Source of the DNA: Deltaproteobacteria bacterium
GTDB lineage: Bacteria; UBA10199; 2-02-FULL-44-16; JAAZCA01
Reading direction: 5' to 3'
DNA: 64,000 nucleotides
NCBI GenBank assembly: GCA_018645265.1
Contig: JABGOS010000088.1
Span: 11,083 to 75,082 of the forward strand
Position 1 is the stretch's first letter. Every line of letters starts with the position of its first letter. Below are positions 50,780 through 60,684 of the stretch, one piece after another. The translations under genes and the position numbers were made by a program. The notes beneath the pieces are model-generated. The model was given only the letters and a program-made list of their open reading frames with translations, was not told the origin of the DNA and did not search any database.

Positions 50780-50974
50780 CCCCCACCCCTTGTCTAATTA
50801 TTGGATTTCATTAGAGAAAATAGCAACTACTCGCTTGTGTGTCAAGTGGCATTTTATATATTAGCTAGTTCGGCAAACCTTGATTTATCAATACTTTCAG
50901 GGAGATGGGGCATATCCAACAGGGACCTGTAGTCGATTCTTATCCACTTTATCAGCTTGAAAATTGACAAAAAA

Positions 50975-50999
50975 GCCCTCCATAAAGAGGGCTTTTCGC
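50975..50999 (-). terminator. Rho-independent terminator (GCCCTC-CATAAA-GAGGGC) flanked by A6/T4, bidirectional
   Basis: A perfect 6-bp stem. On the minus strand it is followed by TTTTTTGT. Sits 3' of the 432-aa orphan gene. Confidence 0.65.
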
Positions 51000-51022
51000 A
51001 GATCATTCATAACTTATTATTC

Positions 51023-52321
51023 TTAGAAACTGGGCTCAGCCAAAGGGTTAACAATTCCATACATCTTTGTGTTAGCTTTGACGGCAACAGCAAGTGCTTC
51101 TTCATCAGTAACGATATCTAGTGCCTGAATAAGTCCACGTGAAAAAGCTGAATGCAAACCATCACCCATATAAGCAGGTAATTTTACCCTGCTTTTTACT
51201 CGAGCTGCTTCCAAAGTAATCAATGCACTTCGAAGTGTTACAGCATCTCGAAGGATATCGCCTATACCAATACCACCATCCTCCTCAAGAGCGAATGGCT
51301 TAGCAATCAACGGTGAGTTCAGCCCACCCCAGGGATTATTAACTCTCCAAGCAACATTAATAATTCTCAGCATCTCTATTAGTGATTGAGCTTTATCAGC
51401 CGCACTTCCTTCACCAAGACTTTTTAGAATTGCCTCATTCTCTAAACCAAATAAGACGGCTGCAACATTATCGGTTTGTAGTTTGAATAAATATGCAGGA
51501 CGTTCCGCCATCCAATCCGGGTTTTCTTGAACCTGAATACCTAAAAGTGCTTTCCATTCACCCCCGACGGTATTTAGCATAAAACCACTTTCGAAGGCCC
51601 TACCAGCAGCTGCTTCAAAACTCCTTGAGAAGGCTACTGTTGCCTCTGCATCATCAGGAAGAACAAAGTCACCTTCCATTAATTTAAACTTTTTACCAGG
51701 GGCATGATGGGTTTCAAGATCCACCGAGGTTATCAAGCCGCCAGTTATACATCTCCTTATAAAATCATGAACTTCTTGTGTATACGGAGTATAGTACTTC
51801 TGTTGCTTTTCACCCGTTAGCCACGCCTCATGTGTAGCCCTTGCGAGATTGTGTAAATTTGTACCTACACCCCTACCTGGGTTAGCGCCTTCAAATCTTC
51901 CCAAGGCTTCATGAGTTTTTAGCTGGAGCTGCATCAGGCTTGAATAAACCCAAAAGGAATGAACAAGACGTTGTTTATCTGTAGCCAGAGCTCCTTCATC
52001 CCATGCGTTCTGCAAGGCCTCAAATGTATCAGGACCTACAAAATCATGTACACCGCCCATACCATCTGGACTAGCATACATCTTCACAAAATCAGAAACT
52101 CCTTGTGGCGCACGCGGCGTAACACCTGTAAAAGCGCTCACATCACCAGCTCTACCAGGTATTGAACTCAACTGTGGACCGCTAAGTTCAAACATCGCTG
52201 TAACTCTGGGATTGGCAACATATGTCGTAGCAGCCGCACCAACTGTAAATGGCCGTCCAGCAACTCCAAGGGTGAGCCCCTCCGTGGCTAATGCAGCTAG
52301 ATTACCTGCCGAAATCATCAT
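51023..52321 (-). CDS. Hypothetical 432-aa protein (orphan; no signal peptide; possibly capsid/shell-like, unverified)
   Basis: No motif recognised. Flanked by AT-rich intergenic DNA and a strong terminator. Confidence 0.4.
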   Translation of the reverse strand: MMISAGNLAALATEGLTLGVAGRPFTVGAAATTYVANPRVTAMFELSGPQLSSIPGRAGDVSAFTGVTPRAPQGVSDFVKMYASPDGMGGVHDFVGPDTFEALQNAWDEGALATDKQRLVHSFWVYSSLMQLQLKTHEALGRFEGANPGRGVGTNLHNLARATHEAWLTGEKQQKYYTPYTQEVHDFIRRCITGGLITSVDLETHHAPGKKFKLMEGDFVLPDDAEATVAFSRSFEAAAGRAFESGFMLNTVGGEWKALLGIQVQENPDWMAERPAYLFKLQTDNVAAVLFGLENEAILKSLGEGSAADKAQSLIEMLRIINVAWRVNNPWGGLNSPLIAKPFALEEDGGIGIGDILRDAVTLRSALITLEAARVKSRVKLPAYMGDGLHSAFSRGLIQALDIVTDEEALAVAVKANTKMYGIVNPLAEPSF

Positions 52322-52534
52322 TCCTCCATAAGAACGAAAAAATTACCTTCATCCATAACCATGTATCTGCGCACGATATTTCGCATATTTTACGAAAAAG
52401 TTGCTAGGTTTTATCTATATTATCCGACGACATTGCAAGAGAATTAGCTTTAAGTATTTTATAGGTTATTCATTTATCATATTGAATTTGAGAATAAAAT
52501 ATTTCTCACATTGATCAGCAAGAGAAAATAGCAC

Positions 52535-53170
52535 CTATCTTTTTCTCTTACATATCGAAAGCAGATTCCTATCGTTTACAGTTGGGTAACCCCATGCCCT
52601 TTCAAAGATCTCCTGGCTCACCTCGAAATTTGGCATCGGGGGCATCCCGGGGTCATGTAGTATAATCCTATCACCGACGATATCGCATATAACTATAAAA
52701 TGACCTGCATACCCTTCGTGACCATGAAGTGCAGCAGAGTTTAGATTAATGATAACAATATGCTGGCTCTTCAGGAGAGCTTCAATATCATCAAGCTGTG
52801 GAATGCGATATTCGATTGGAGCTTTATCAACGAATTCCTTAGCAATCGTTCTTTCCTCTTCAACATCGCTATTTTCTATCTGCGCCCTGCCTACTTCCTC
52901 ACCATATCTCTCTAGCAGATATTCACCACCTCTATCCACAAATGCCCGATAATCGAATTCTTCGATCAGGCCAATCTCCAACCCCTGATCCATCATCCAT
53001 AACATTGCAGATGTGGGCCAAGTCCATTTACCAGGTTTCTTGTTTGAGATCTCGTCGAGGTATTCATAGCTAAATTCCTTCTCTGGGATCAGCATTCCAA
53101 GTGCCATCTTGAGCGCAGCCTGAAAACAATGAGTGCCATCACCTGTATTTGGATAAAAAGGAATTTTCAT
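52535..53170 (-). CDS. Papain-like/C39-like cysteine peptidase domain protein
   Basis: N-terminal GDGTHCFQAALKMAL (a Cys nucleophile in a C39-like context) and a downstream His (GHFIVICD). 211 aa. Confidence 0.45.
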   Translation of the reverse strand: MKIPFYPNTGDGTHCFQAALKMALGMLIPEKEFSYEYLDEISNKKPGKWTWPTSAMLWMMDQGLEIGLIEEFDYRAFVDRGGEYLLERYGEEVGRAQIENSDVEEERTIAKEFVDKAPIEYRIPQLDDIEALLKSQHIVIINLNSAALHGHEGYAGHFIVICDIVGDRIILHDPGMPPMPNFEVSQEIFERAWGYPTVNDRNLLSICKRKR

Positions 53171-53193
53171 GAAAGATTAATTCAACCGCCCAG

Positions 53194-53266
53194 TGGGCCT
53201 GGCAGGAATCGAACCTGCGGCCCTCTGCTTAGGAGGCAGATGCTCTATCCCCTGAGCTACAAGCCC
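53194..53266 (-). tRNA. tRNA-Arg (anticodon CCT)
   Basis: The reverse complement folds as acceptor GGGCTTG/CAGGCCC, anticodon loop CTCCTAA, T-loop GGTTCGATTCC. No encoded CCA. Confidence 0.85.
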
Positions 53267-53324
53267 ATTGGGAAGTCGAATCTCTTAACCAAGTTATCAA
53301 TTAAAGCTCTCTGCTCGACACCTC

Positions 53325-53846
53325 TCAAGAATATGATACCAAAGAATGAATCGGCACATCACCGATCTTCTCCCGACCATTCAAGAAAGCCAGTTCAACA
53401 ATGAATGCACATTCAACTACGTCACCACCCTGTCTCTTTATCAATTCGCATGCCGCACCTGCTGTACCACCGGTTGCCAGCAGATCATCGATGATCAACA
53501 CCTTCTCACCTTTTTCAATAGCATCTGTATGCATCTCAATAGTTGCGGAGCCGTACTCCAAATCATATGAGATATCAATAGTCTTGTAAGGCAATTTACC
53601 TTTTTTCCTAACCGGGACAAAGCCTGCACCGAGCTGATGCGCAAGTGGCGTTCCGAATAAAAAACCTCTCGACTCTATACCAACAACAGTATCGATCTCC
53701 TGATCCACATATCTCTCAACTAAGCTTCTAATAGTCTCTTCAAAAGCTGCGTGGTTCTGAAGCAATGGAGTTATATCCTTAAAAACGATCCCTGGTTTGG
53801 GAAAATCGGGGATATCCCTGATGTGTTTCTTAAGTCTATCCTGCAT
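53325..53846 (-). CDS. apt: Adenine phosphoribosyltransferase
   Basis: [25 protein letters not shown]-binding [13 protein letters not shown]. Confidence 0.9.
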   Translation of the reverse strand: MQDRLKKHIRDIPDFPKPGIVFKDITPLLQNHAAFEETIRSLVERYVDQEIDTVVGIESRGFLFGTPLAHQLGAGFVPVRKKGKLPYKTIDISYDLEYGSATIEMHTDAIEKGEKVLIIDDLLATGGTAGAACELIKRQGGDVVECAFIVELAFLNGREKIGDVPIHSLVSYS

Positions 53847-53878
53847 AGAACCTCCTGATACTCGTTTGTTCAGATGAG

Positions 53879-54616
53879 TTATTTCCTCTGAGGCAGGAAA
53901 AATAGGGGATTGCGGGCTTTTTGTCCATTACGAATTTCAAAATGCAGGTGAGGCCCTGTTGATCTTCCGGTCCTCCCAACATACGCGATCACCTGGCCCT
54001 TTTTCACAGTTTGTCCTTTTTTACTCTTATTACTCTTATTATGCGCATACGCCGTAAAAAAATCATCCCCATGCCTGATCAGAATAAGATTGCCATATCC
54101 ACGCATCTTACCGGAAAAAACTACACGGCCCGACCCAGCAGCCTTAATAGGCGTTCCGGATTTCGCCGCTATATCAATTCCATCATGACGCCTCCCCCCC
54201 CTTATTCCAAATGGAGAAGTAAGCTTACCGTCGACAGGCCATATAAACTTGCCATGAAAAGTTTTAATACTCTTGGAACGACTCTTCTTCTTACTACTCT
54301 TTGCATATCTCCTACTCTCCTTAGCTGACATCCCGAGAGGCAATTTCTTATAGCCAGCTGTCTTTTCTTTTGGTGGAAGATAGAGACGCTTTCCGGGCTG
54401 GGCATCGTTGGGGCTAAATATATTATTATATTCAGCAAGCTCCTGAAGATCGACATTGTAAGCCCTTGAGATTCTCCATATGGATTCTCCCGATCTTACA
54501 GTGTGATATTTACCTCGCTTATCAAATGAAGTAGCACATCCAGAGAAGGTCATCGCAACGAAGGTTCCGATGAATAGAATCAGCAGCATGCGCAATGTTA
54601 TTCCAGACCTAGTCAT
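53879..54616 (-). CDS. nlpD: LysM-domain M23 family murein endopeptidase lipoprotein (NlpD-like)
   Basis: Lipobox FSGC. LysM ([19 protein letters not shown]). M23 HxxxD and HxH region (HDGIDIA...HLHFEI). Confidence 0.8.
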   Translation of the reverse strand: MTRSGITLRMLLILFIGTFVAMTFSGCATSFDKRGKYHTVRSGESIWRISRAYNVDLQELAEYNNIFSPNDAQPGKRLYLPPKEKTAGYKKLPLGMSAKESRRYAKSSKKKSRSKSIKTFHGKFIWPVDGKLTSPFGIRGGRRHDGIDIAAKSGTPIKAAGSGRVVFSGKMRGYGNLILIRHGDDFFTAYAHNKSNKSKKGQTVKKGQVIAYVGRTGRSTGPHLHFEIRNGQKARNPLFFLPQRK

Positions 54617-55391
54617 TCACATTCCACCCCTGATCACCTACTAGTTTTACAAACCTACAATGAGTTACAACCCTTTTATCATATCTCTCGCCCTTCCGGG
54701 TAATCACTTCCAATTTCTGAAGATCCTTATCCCCCACTGGTATTACCAACATTCCACCATCCGTAAGCTGCATCTGCAACGCCTCCGGAACACACGGAGC
54801 ACCAGCCGTAACGATAATTCTATCGAAGGGTGCTTTATCAACCCAACCGAGAGTCCCATCCCCAACTTTCAGACTTATATTTTTATACTTCAAATTCGAA
54901 AGAACCTGCCCGGCCCTACTCGATAGATCGCTCAAGCGTTCAATCGTATACACCTCCTTAGCCAGCTCAGCTAATATCGCCGCCTGATACCCGGAACCTG
55001 TACCTATCTCCAGCACACGTTCTACACCTGTCAGGTGTAGCTCCTCCGTCATCATCGCAACTATCAGAGGCTGAGAAATCGTCTGGCCGAAACCGACCTG
55101 TAACGGACGATCTTCATAGGCCTGATATTCCATTCCAGGGCTTACAAAGAGATGCCTTGGAACTCTACTCATCGCGGCAAGAATTTGATCATCCTTAATC
55201 CCCTTAGGGATAAGTTGCTCAGTGACCATTCGCCGTCTTGCAACCTCGAAAGGGTCCCTCTCTTCACCATAGCGTGTCGAATATTTTTTTTTGCTTATTA
55301 AATTGGCCGTTGATGTTTTATCATCACGTGATTTGGAAGATTCCTTCTTCATGTGATATCGGAGCACGCGTGTTAAAATCTTCTTATCCAT
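54609..55391 (-). CDS. pcm: Protein-L-isoaspartate O-methyltransferase (with ~50-aa basic N-terminal extension)
   Basis: RRRMVTEQL..G.....L.AM..VPRHLFV and SAM motif VLEIGTGSGYQAA. Sits in a surE-pcm-nlpD cluster. Confidence 0.85.
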   Translation of the reverse strand: MDKKILTRVLRYHMKKESSKSRDDKTSTANLISKKKYSTRYGEERDPFEVARRRMVTEQLIPKGIKDDQILAAMSRVPRHLFVSPGMEYQAYEDRPLQVGFGQTISQPLIVAMMTEELHLTGVERVLEIGTGSGYQAAILAELAKEVYTIERLSDLSSRAGQVLSNLKYKNISLKVGDGTLGWVDKAPFDRIIVTAGAPCVPEALQMQLTDGGMLVIPVGDKDLQKLEVITRKGERYDKRVVTHCRFVKLVGDQGWNVND

Positions 55392-55405
55392 CTAAAATAT
55401 TCCCC

Positions 55406-56158
55406 TTAAATATTCCAGCTCGATAACTTTTTTAATGTAGGCTTATCGGTTATATCGACACGTAGTGGCGTAATCGAAATGTAATCTTCACGAACTGCAT
55501 TGCAATCTGAACTGGGAATATCTTCAAAACCATTTTGATCCCCACCAATCCAATAGTATTTTCTACCCTTAGGATCGACCTTGTCGACTATTATATCACC
55601 GTAGTTTCGCTTACCCTGTTTTGTAATTTTATATCCCAAGATTTCCTTTTCTGGAAGATCTGGAACATTCACATTCAGTATAACCCCCCTAGGCAACCCC
55701 TCCTTCAGAACCTTTTTCGAAACCCTCTTTGCAAATTCAGCGGCCGATTTAAAATGTTTCCCATTTTTGAAAAGTAATGACATCGCTATTGAGGGAATAC
55801 CCTCAATTCCACCCTCATATGCTGCGGAGACGGTTCCGGAATAGTGCACATCATCGCCGATATTTGGACCATGATTGATTCCAGAAACTATGAGATCCGG
55901 TTTCTCATCCAAGATTTCGTTCAAGGCCAACATGATACAATCAGTAGGAGTTCCGCTGACTGAATAGATATCTTTAGCCAGCTTATTAATTCTAAGCGGA
56001 AGATGCAGCGTGATAGAATGGCTACAGGCTGACCTCTGCTGATCCGGAGCTACAACGATCACACGGCCCAGCCCTTTAAGTGCCCTCGCTAGGATCTTCA
56101 AACCCTTGGCCTGCACTCCATCATCGTTCGATACTAATATCAGAGGTTTTCTCGTCAT
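55406..56158 (-). CDS. surE: 5'/3'-nucleotidase SurE
   Basis: ILVSNDDGVQAKGL N-terminal motif. Confidence 0.9.
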   Translation of the reverse strand: MTRKPLILVSNDDGVQAKGLKILARALKGLGRVIVVAPDQQRSACSHSITLHLPLRINKLAKDIYSVSGTPTDCIMLALNEILDEKPDLIVSGINHGPNIGDDVHYSGTVSAAYEGGIEGIPSIAMSLLFKNGKHFKSAAEFAKRVSKKVLKEGLPRGVILNVNVPDLPEKEILGYKITKQGKRNYGDIIVDKVDPKGRKYYWIGGDQNGFEDIPSSDCNAVREDYISITPLRVDITDKPTLKKLSSWNI

Positions 56159-56346
56159 AATAATGAAGCCGGCCAGCTGACCGGCTTAACCTAAAAAAGT
56201 CAATATTTATGCTAAGTTACGATACACCACCTAAAGTGTCAAGATCAAAGCTCCCCCCACGTTGTGCGCTAACGCGGATCCTCTAAAACTTTGGAGGTTG
56301 CCCATGATGCTTGCTTTTTTTCGATCCTGTGGTAGACGCCCTCGCC

Positions 56347-57381
56347 ATGAGCGATTCATATAAAAAATCCGGTGTGGATATAGACGCCGGCAACAAGTTC
56401 GTTAATAACATTAAAGATTTAGTCAAAAGTACGCATATCCATGGCGTCATCTCTGAAGTCGGCGGGTATGGGGCACTCTTTGCACCGAATATCTCTGAGA
56501 TGAAGGAGCCAGTCCTTGTATCTGGAACAGATGGCGTGGGCACTAAGCTCAAAATTGCGATCCAAATGAAAAAACTGGATACAATCGGAATTGATCTTGT
56601 GGCGATGTGTGTAAACGACATCGGTTGCCTTGGAGCAAAGCCCCTTTTCTTTCTAGATTATCTTGCTACATCGAAGCTTGAGCCAGAGCTGCACGCGGAT
56701 GTAGTTAAGGGAATTGCCGAAGGATGCAAGATGGCAAAATGTGCTCTCATAGGTGGTGAAACTGCTGAGATGCCGGATTTTTACAAAAAGGGAGATTTCG
56801 ATATCGCCGGCTTCTCCGTAGGAATCATCGACAGAGAGAAGATTATAGACGGAACTGATATTGGAGTTGGAAATGTTATTGTCGGCTTTCACTCCACAGG
56901 TCCCCACAGCAATGGCTATTCCTTAATCAATAAAGTCATCAAAGATTCCCAATTGGATTTACAAAAGAAATATGAGGGATTCGAAGAAAGTTTAGGAGAG
57001 GCCCTCCTCGCACCCACGAAAATTTACAGTCATCTTATTGAAAACCTCCGGAAGATTTTCAACATCAAAGGAATAGCGCATATCACCGGCGGTGGATTCT
57101 GGGAGAACATCCCTCGGATACTCCCTCGAGGTGTTCAGGCTGTAATTACAAAGGGCAGCTGGGAAGTCCCCCACATATTCCGTTTTATCCAGAAGCACTC
57201 CAATATGGATGAGGAGGAGATGTTCCGCGTATTCAATTGCGGCATAGGAATGGTCCTAATTGTTGATAAGGATCATGCCGAAGATCTTACCCAGGCAGCA
57301 TCTACAAACGGTATCCAAGCTACTATAATCGGCGAAACGAGGATTATGCCTGAGAATGATAAAGCAATTATTATGGAGTAA
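56347..57381 (+). CDS. purM: Phosphoribosylformylglycinamidine cyclo-ligase
   Basis: SYKKSGVDIDAGN N-terminus. Start moved to ATG 56347 (MSDSYKK). The track ORF begins 36 nt upstream. Confidence 0.9.
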   Translation: MSDSYKKSGVDIDAGNKFVNNIKDLVKSTHIHGVISEVGGYGALFAPNISEMKEPVLVSGTDGVGTKLKIAIQMKKLDTIGIDLVAMCVNDIGCLGAKPLFFLDYLATSKLEPELHADVVKGIAEGCKMAKCALIGGETAEMPDFYKKGDFDIAGFSVGIIDREKIIDGTDIGVGNVIVGFHSTGPHSNGYSLINKVIKDSQLDLQKKYEGFEESLGEALLAPTKIYSHLIENLRKIFNIKGIAHITGGGFWENIPRILPRGVQAVITKGSWEVPHIFRFIQKHSNMDEEEMFRVFNCGIGMVLIVDKDHAEDLTQAASTNGIQATIIGETRIMPENDKAIIME

Positions 57382-57386
57382 TCTCG

Positions 57387-58016
57387 ATGGTGAATAAAAT
57401 TAATCTTGGAATCCTAGTCTCCGGCAGCGGCACCAACCTTCAGTCCATCATAGATAACTGCAAATCCGACAGGATCGATGCTTTAGTCAAGGTTGTGATT
57501 AGCGATAGCCCTGAAGCCTTTGCCATTGAACGAGCGAAAAAAAATAACATAGATACAGTTACTGTTGTTAGAAGCGAATTCGACAGCAGGAAATCATTTG
57601 AGAAGAAGATTGTAGAGATTCTACAATCACATAAGGTTGAGCTGGTCTGTTTGGCCGGTTTCATGAGAATCATAGGGAAAACCCTCTTGGGCGCATACCC
57701 CAACCGCATCATCAACATCCACCCAGCATTACTACCATCCTTTCCAGGGCTGGACGGCCAAAAACAAGCCTATGATTACGGTGTAAAAATCGCTGGATGC
57801 ACCATGCATTTCGTAGATGACAAGGTCGATCACGGTCCGATCATATGTCAATCATCGGTGCCAGTCATGGAGGATGATACGCCGCAGACCCTCAAAGATA
57901 GGATCCTGGAAGAGGAGCATAGAATCTACCCACAGGCGATACAGCTATACGCCGAAGGAAAACTAAAAATTAAAAACCGACGTGTTTACATCCTGAACGA
58001 AAGTGATAAGGGGTAA
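57387..58016 (+). CDS. purN: Phosphoribosylglycinamide formyltransferase
   Basis: GILVSGSGTNLQ, and HPALLPSFPG folate-binding motif. Confidence 0.85.
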   Translation: MVNKINLGILVSGSGTNLQSIIDNCKSDRIDALVKVVISDSPEAFAIERAKKNNIDTVTVVRSEFDSRKSFEKKIVEILQSHKVELVCLAGFMRIIGKTLLGAYPNRIINIHPALLPSFPGLDGQKQAYDYGVKIAGCTMHFVDDKVDHGPIICQSSVPVMEDDTPQTLKDRILEEEHRIYPQAIQLYAEGKLKIKNRRVYILNESDKG

Positions 58017-58044
58017 GGCATAAGTTCATAAAAGGGGGGAGTTC

Positions 58045-58623
58045 ATGAGAAAGATTTTTTTCTGTTTATCAGCTATCGCAGTTGTTTTGATAAGTGGTCA
58101 AGCTTATGCTGGATCTGCCAGCGGCAACTTTTCTGTGGGCCTTGGACCTCTTGGTAATATTTACGTAGTCGATTCAAATCCTCAGCTTGATATGGGTGCC
58201 GGTGGTTATGTCTTTTTCGACTATAGATGGTCACCTCAATTCTCCACACAATTTGGAGTTGTAGTTACAACTCAGGATGGAACTGGCATATCAAATGGAG
58301 ATAATGGAATTGAATTTCTGGGCATCCCTACTTTCGACTTAAAATTCTACATATTCTCAGAACCTTCCAGATGGGATCCATACGGTCTTATAGGAATGGG
58401 AGTATACGCTGTAACCGAAGGTTCGGCAAAGAACGGCACAACGGCTGTCGGCATTGGAGCAAATCTGGGCTTGGGCACCGATTTCTATATTACTGAAAAG
58501 TGGTCTGTCGGACTTGCAGCTATCTTTCGCTCCATCGGCCTTATAGACTCAATGGGTGGGAGCAACAACGGCACCGCGCTCTTCCCATTCTCCATGATGG
58601 GTAACGTAGCATATCATTTTTAA
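58045..58623 (+). CDS. Small outer-membrane beta-barrel protein (OmpW/OmpA-barrel-like)
   Basis: Signal peptide (AVVLISGQAYAGS). Eight predicted amphipathic strands. Ends VAYHF. Confidence 0.5.
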   Translation: MRKIFFCLSAIAVVLISGQAYAGSASGNFSVGLGPLGNIYVVDSNPQLDMGAGGYVFFDYRWSPQFSTQFGVVVTTQDGTGISNGDNGIEFLGIPTFDLKFYIFSEPSRWDPYGLIGMGVYAVTEGSAKNGTTAVGIGANLGLGTDFYITEKWSVGLAAIFRSIGLIDSMGGSNNGTALFPFSMMGNVAYHF

Positions 58624-58632
58624 GATTTTTAA

Positions 58633-59400
58633 ATGCTACAACGGATATCTATGACTCTCAAAGTCCATACAAGAAAGACGATAACGTTCATGATACTAAT
58701 CGCGTTATCGTTTTTTTTCTTTTCATGTTCCAGCAAACCTAAGAGCTACGCTGAAAAAAGAATGTTGATGACAGAGAACCTCATCAAGAAGCGAGGCATC
58801 GAAAATCCAAGGATCTTAAAAGCCTTTCAAACAGTACCCAGAGAAGAGTTCGTTCTGCCTAAGTACAAGGAGAAAGCCCATGAAGACATTGAGGTCCCAA
58901 TAGCCTTCGGAGAGACATTAAATAGGCCATATGAAGATGCCGTAATGCTTGCCTCAATGGAGATCGAACCACATCACAAGGTCCTTGAAATCGGCACCGG
59001 CACTGGCTATCACACCGCCCTTCTCTCGCAATTGGCGGATAAAGTGTACACAATTGAAATTGAACCGGAATACGCAAAGAAAGCGAAAAGCAACTTTGAA
59101 AAATTAGGCTATAAGAATATCTTCCCTAAAACCGGCGATGGATTTGCCGGATGGCCTGAATTTGCACCTTTTCACAGGATAGTGATGATGTGCAGCCCTT
59201 CAGAAATCCCCATACCTCTCAAAAACCAGCTTGCAGAAGATGGACTGATGATACTCCCGCTTGGGGGTAGCGAGCGTTTTCAGGAACTTTTCCTATACAC
59301 CAAAAAGAACGGTGAATTAATTAAAGTCAGAAGCATAGCACCGACCACCTTCTCTCCAATGAAGGGCCAGATTCTTGAAATGGAAGACCAGAATCCATAG
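58633..59400 (+). CDS. Protein-L-isoaspartate O-methyltransferase paralogue with N-terminal export/lipoprotein-like signal
   Basis: The Pcm core (FQTVPREEFV, VLEIGTGTGYHTALL) is preceded by a basic n-region, the hydrophobic ITFMILIALSFFFF, then SCSS. Confidence 0.7.
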   Translation: MLQRISMTLKVHTRKTITFMILIALSFFFFSCSSKPKSYAEKRMLMTENLIKKRGIENPRILKAFQTVPREEFVLPKYKEKAHEDIEVPIAFGETLNRPYEDAVMLASMEIEPHHKVLEIGTGTGYHTALLSQLADKVYTIEIEPEYAKKAKSNFEKLGYKNIFPKTGDGFAGWPEFAPFHRIVMMCSPSEIPIPLKNQLAEDGLMILPLGGSERFQELFLYTKKNGELIKVRSIAPTTFSPMKGQILEMEDQNP

Positions 59401-59406
59401 TCCCAC

Positions 59407-60501
59407 TTAAGCCATATTCGGAGCATCTGCTTCAGACTGTTCCTGTGAATTTTTCAATCGATATACATAGACTAATATTTCCGCAATCGCAGCGTAGAGG
59501 TCCTCTGGAATTTCATCGCCAATGTCCAATTCAATCAAAGTCCAAGCAAGTGGGACATTCTCAATAATGGGAATGCCATAATCCTCGGCGTATTCCCTGA
59601 TGGTTTGTGCAAAGAGACGCTGCCCCTTCGCCATAATCTGCGGCGCTGCCATCTCCGAGTCATCATATTTGATCGCTATAGCCAACTCTGTTGGGTTGGT
59701 AATCACCGCATCCGCAGATTTCACTGACTGCTTCGTATCGCTCATCGCTAACTCCTGGTGGAGCTGACGTCTTGCACTCTTTATGAGTGGATCACCTTCA
59801 TCCTGTTTGTACTCCCTCTTCACCTCCTCCTTTGTCATCCTCATCTGTTTTTTATAATTCCACCGCTGAACGAAGAGATCGATAATAGCTATCATAATGA
59901 AGACGATAAAAACCTTCACCAAAAACTCCACAAGGAGCTGTGCGGCAAGCGCGCCAGACTGGTCGGGCGTACCCTTCACAGTCAACACGACTTCCCTCAG
60001 CCTATTGGTCACAACGAGATATGCCAGAAGAAAGATGAGGCTCATCTTTGCTATATTCTTTAAGAGCTCCACAAGGGTCGTAATCTTAAACATATTTTTA
60101 AGATTCTCTATGGCATTTATCCTCTTCATCTGGGGCTTCATCGATTCACCGGTAAAGATAGGACCAACCTGGAAGAAGCCCACTGCTATGGCTACCACGA
60201 TCATAACTATCCCAAATGGTATAACGATTTTCACATAGGTCATAAAATTACTGTGCGCTTGTAGGAATAATGTTTCGACATTCAGATCCGGCCTTGAGAT
60301 CAAATTGAAATTGGAGGTCAGCACTCCACGCAGCTGCTCACCGATATACCCCCTCATGAAGAGTATCGTTATGAATGCCGCTATAAGGATTACTATAGTG
60401 TTGAGATCGCGGGATTTTGCGACCTGTCCCTTCTTTCGCGCATCCCGCAGCCGCTTCGGTGTAGCTTCCTCAGTTTTTTCCTGGCTGCTTGATTCTCCCA
60501 T
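59407..60501 (-). CDS. flhB: FlhB/YscU-family type III export apparatus protein (orphan)
   Basis: N-terminal EKTEEATPKRLRDARKKGQVAKS. Four TM segments. The autocleavage-site region reads NPTE in place of NPTH. Confidence 0.75.
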   Translation of the reverse strand: MGESSSQEKTEEATPKRLRDARKKGQVAKSRDLNTIVILIAAFITILFMRGYIGEQLRGVLTSNFNLISRPDLNVETLFLQAHSNFMTYVKIVIPFGIVMIVVAIAVGFFQVGPIFTGESMKPQMKRINAIENLKNMFKITTLVELLKNIAKMSLIFLLAYLVVTNRLREVVLTVKGTPDQSGALAAQLLVEFLVKVFIVFIMIAIIDLFVQRWNYKKQMRMTKEEVKREYKQDEGDPLIKSARRQLHQELAMSDTKQSVKSADAVITNPTELAIAIKYDDSEMAAPQIMAKGQRLFAQTIREYAEDYGIPIIENVPLAWTLIELDIGDEIPEDLYAAIAEILVYVYRLKNSQEQSEADAPNMA

Positions 60502-60684
60502 TCAGTGCTCCTGTATATATTATCGGCAGTGAAGTTACCAAAAATTGCTTCATCCAGCAAGAAATGCCGGCAAAACTGACAAATTGATGTTGCTGACATA
60601 TAAGATTAAATTCTTCTTCATTTTTAGCCCCCCCTGATCGGCCTGGCCTTGCTTTTCTTTAAAAATACCGGTATCTTGCGGCGG

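Noticed and set aside
53129-53404. 91-aa plus-strand ORF
   Set aside because: It runs through the minus-strand tRNA-Arg(CCT) and the apt 3' end, so it is spurious.
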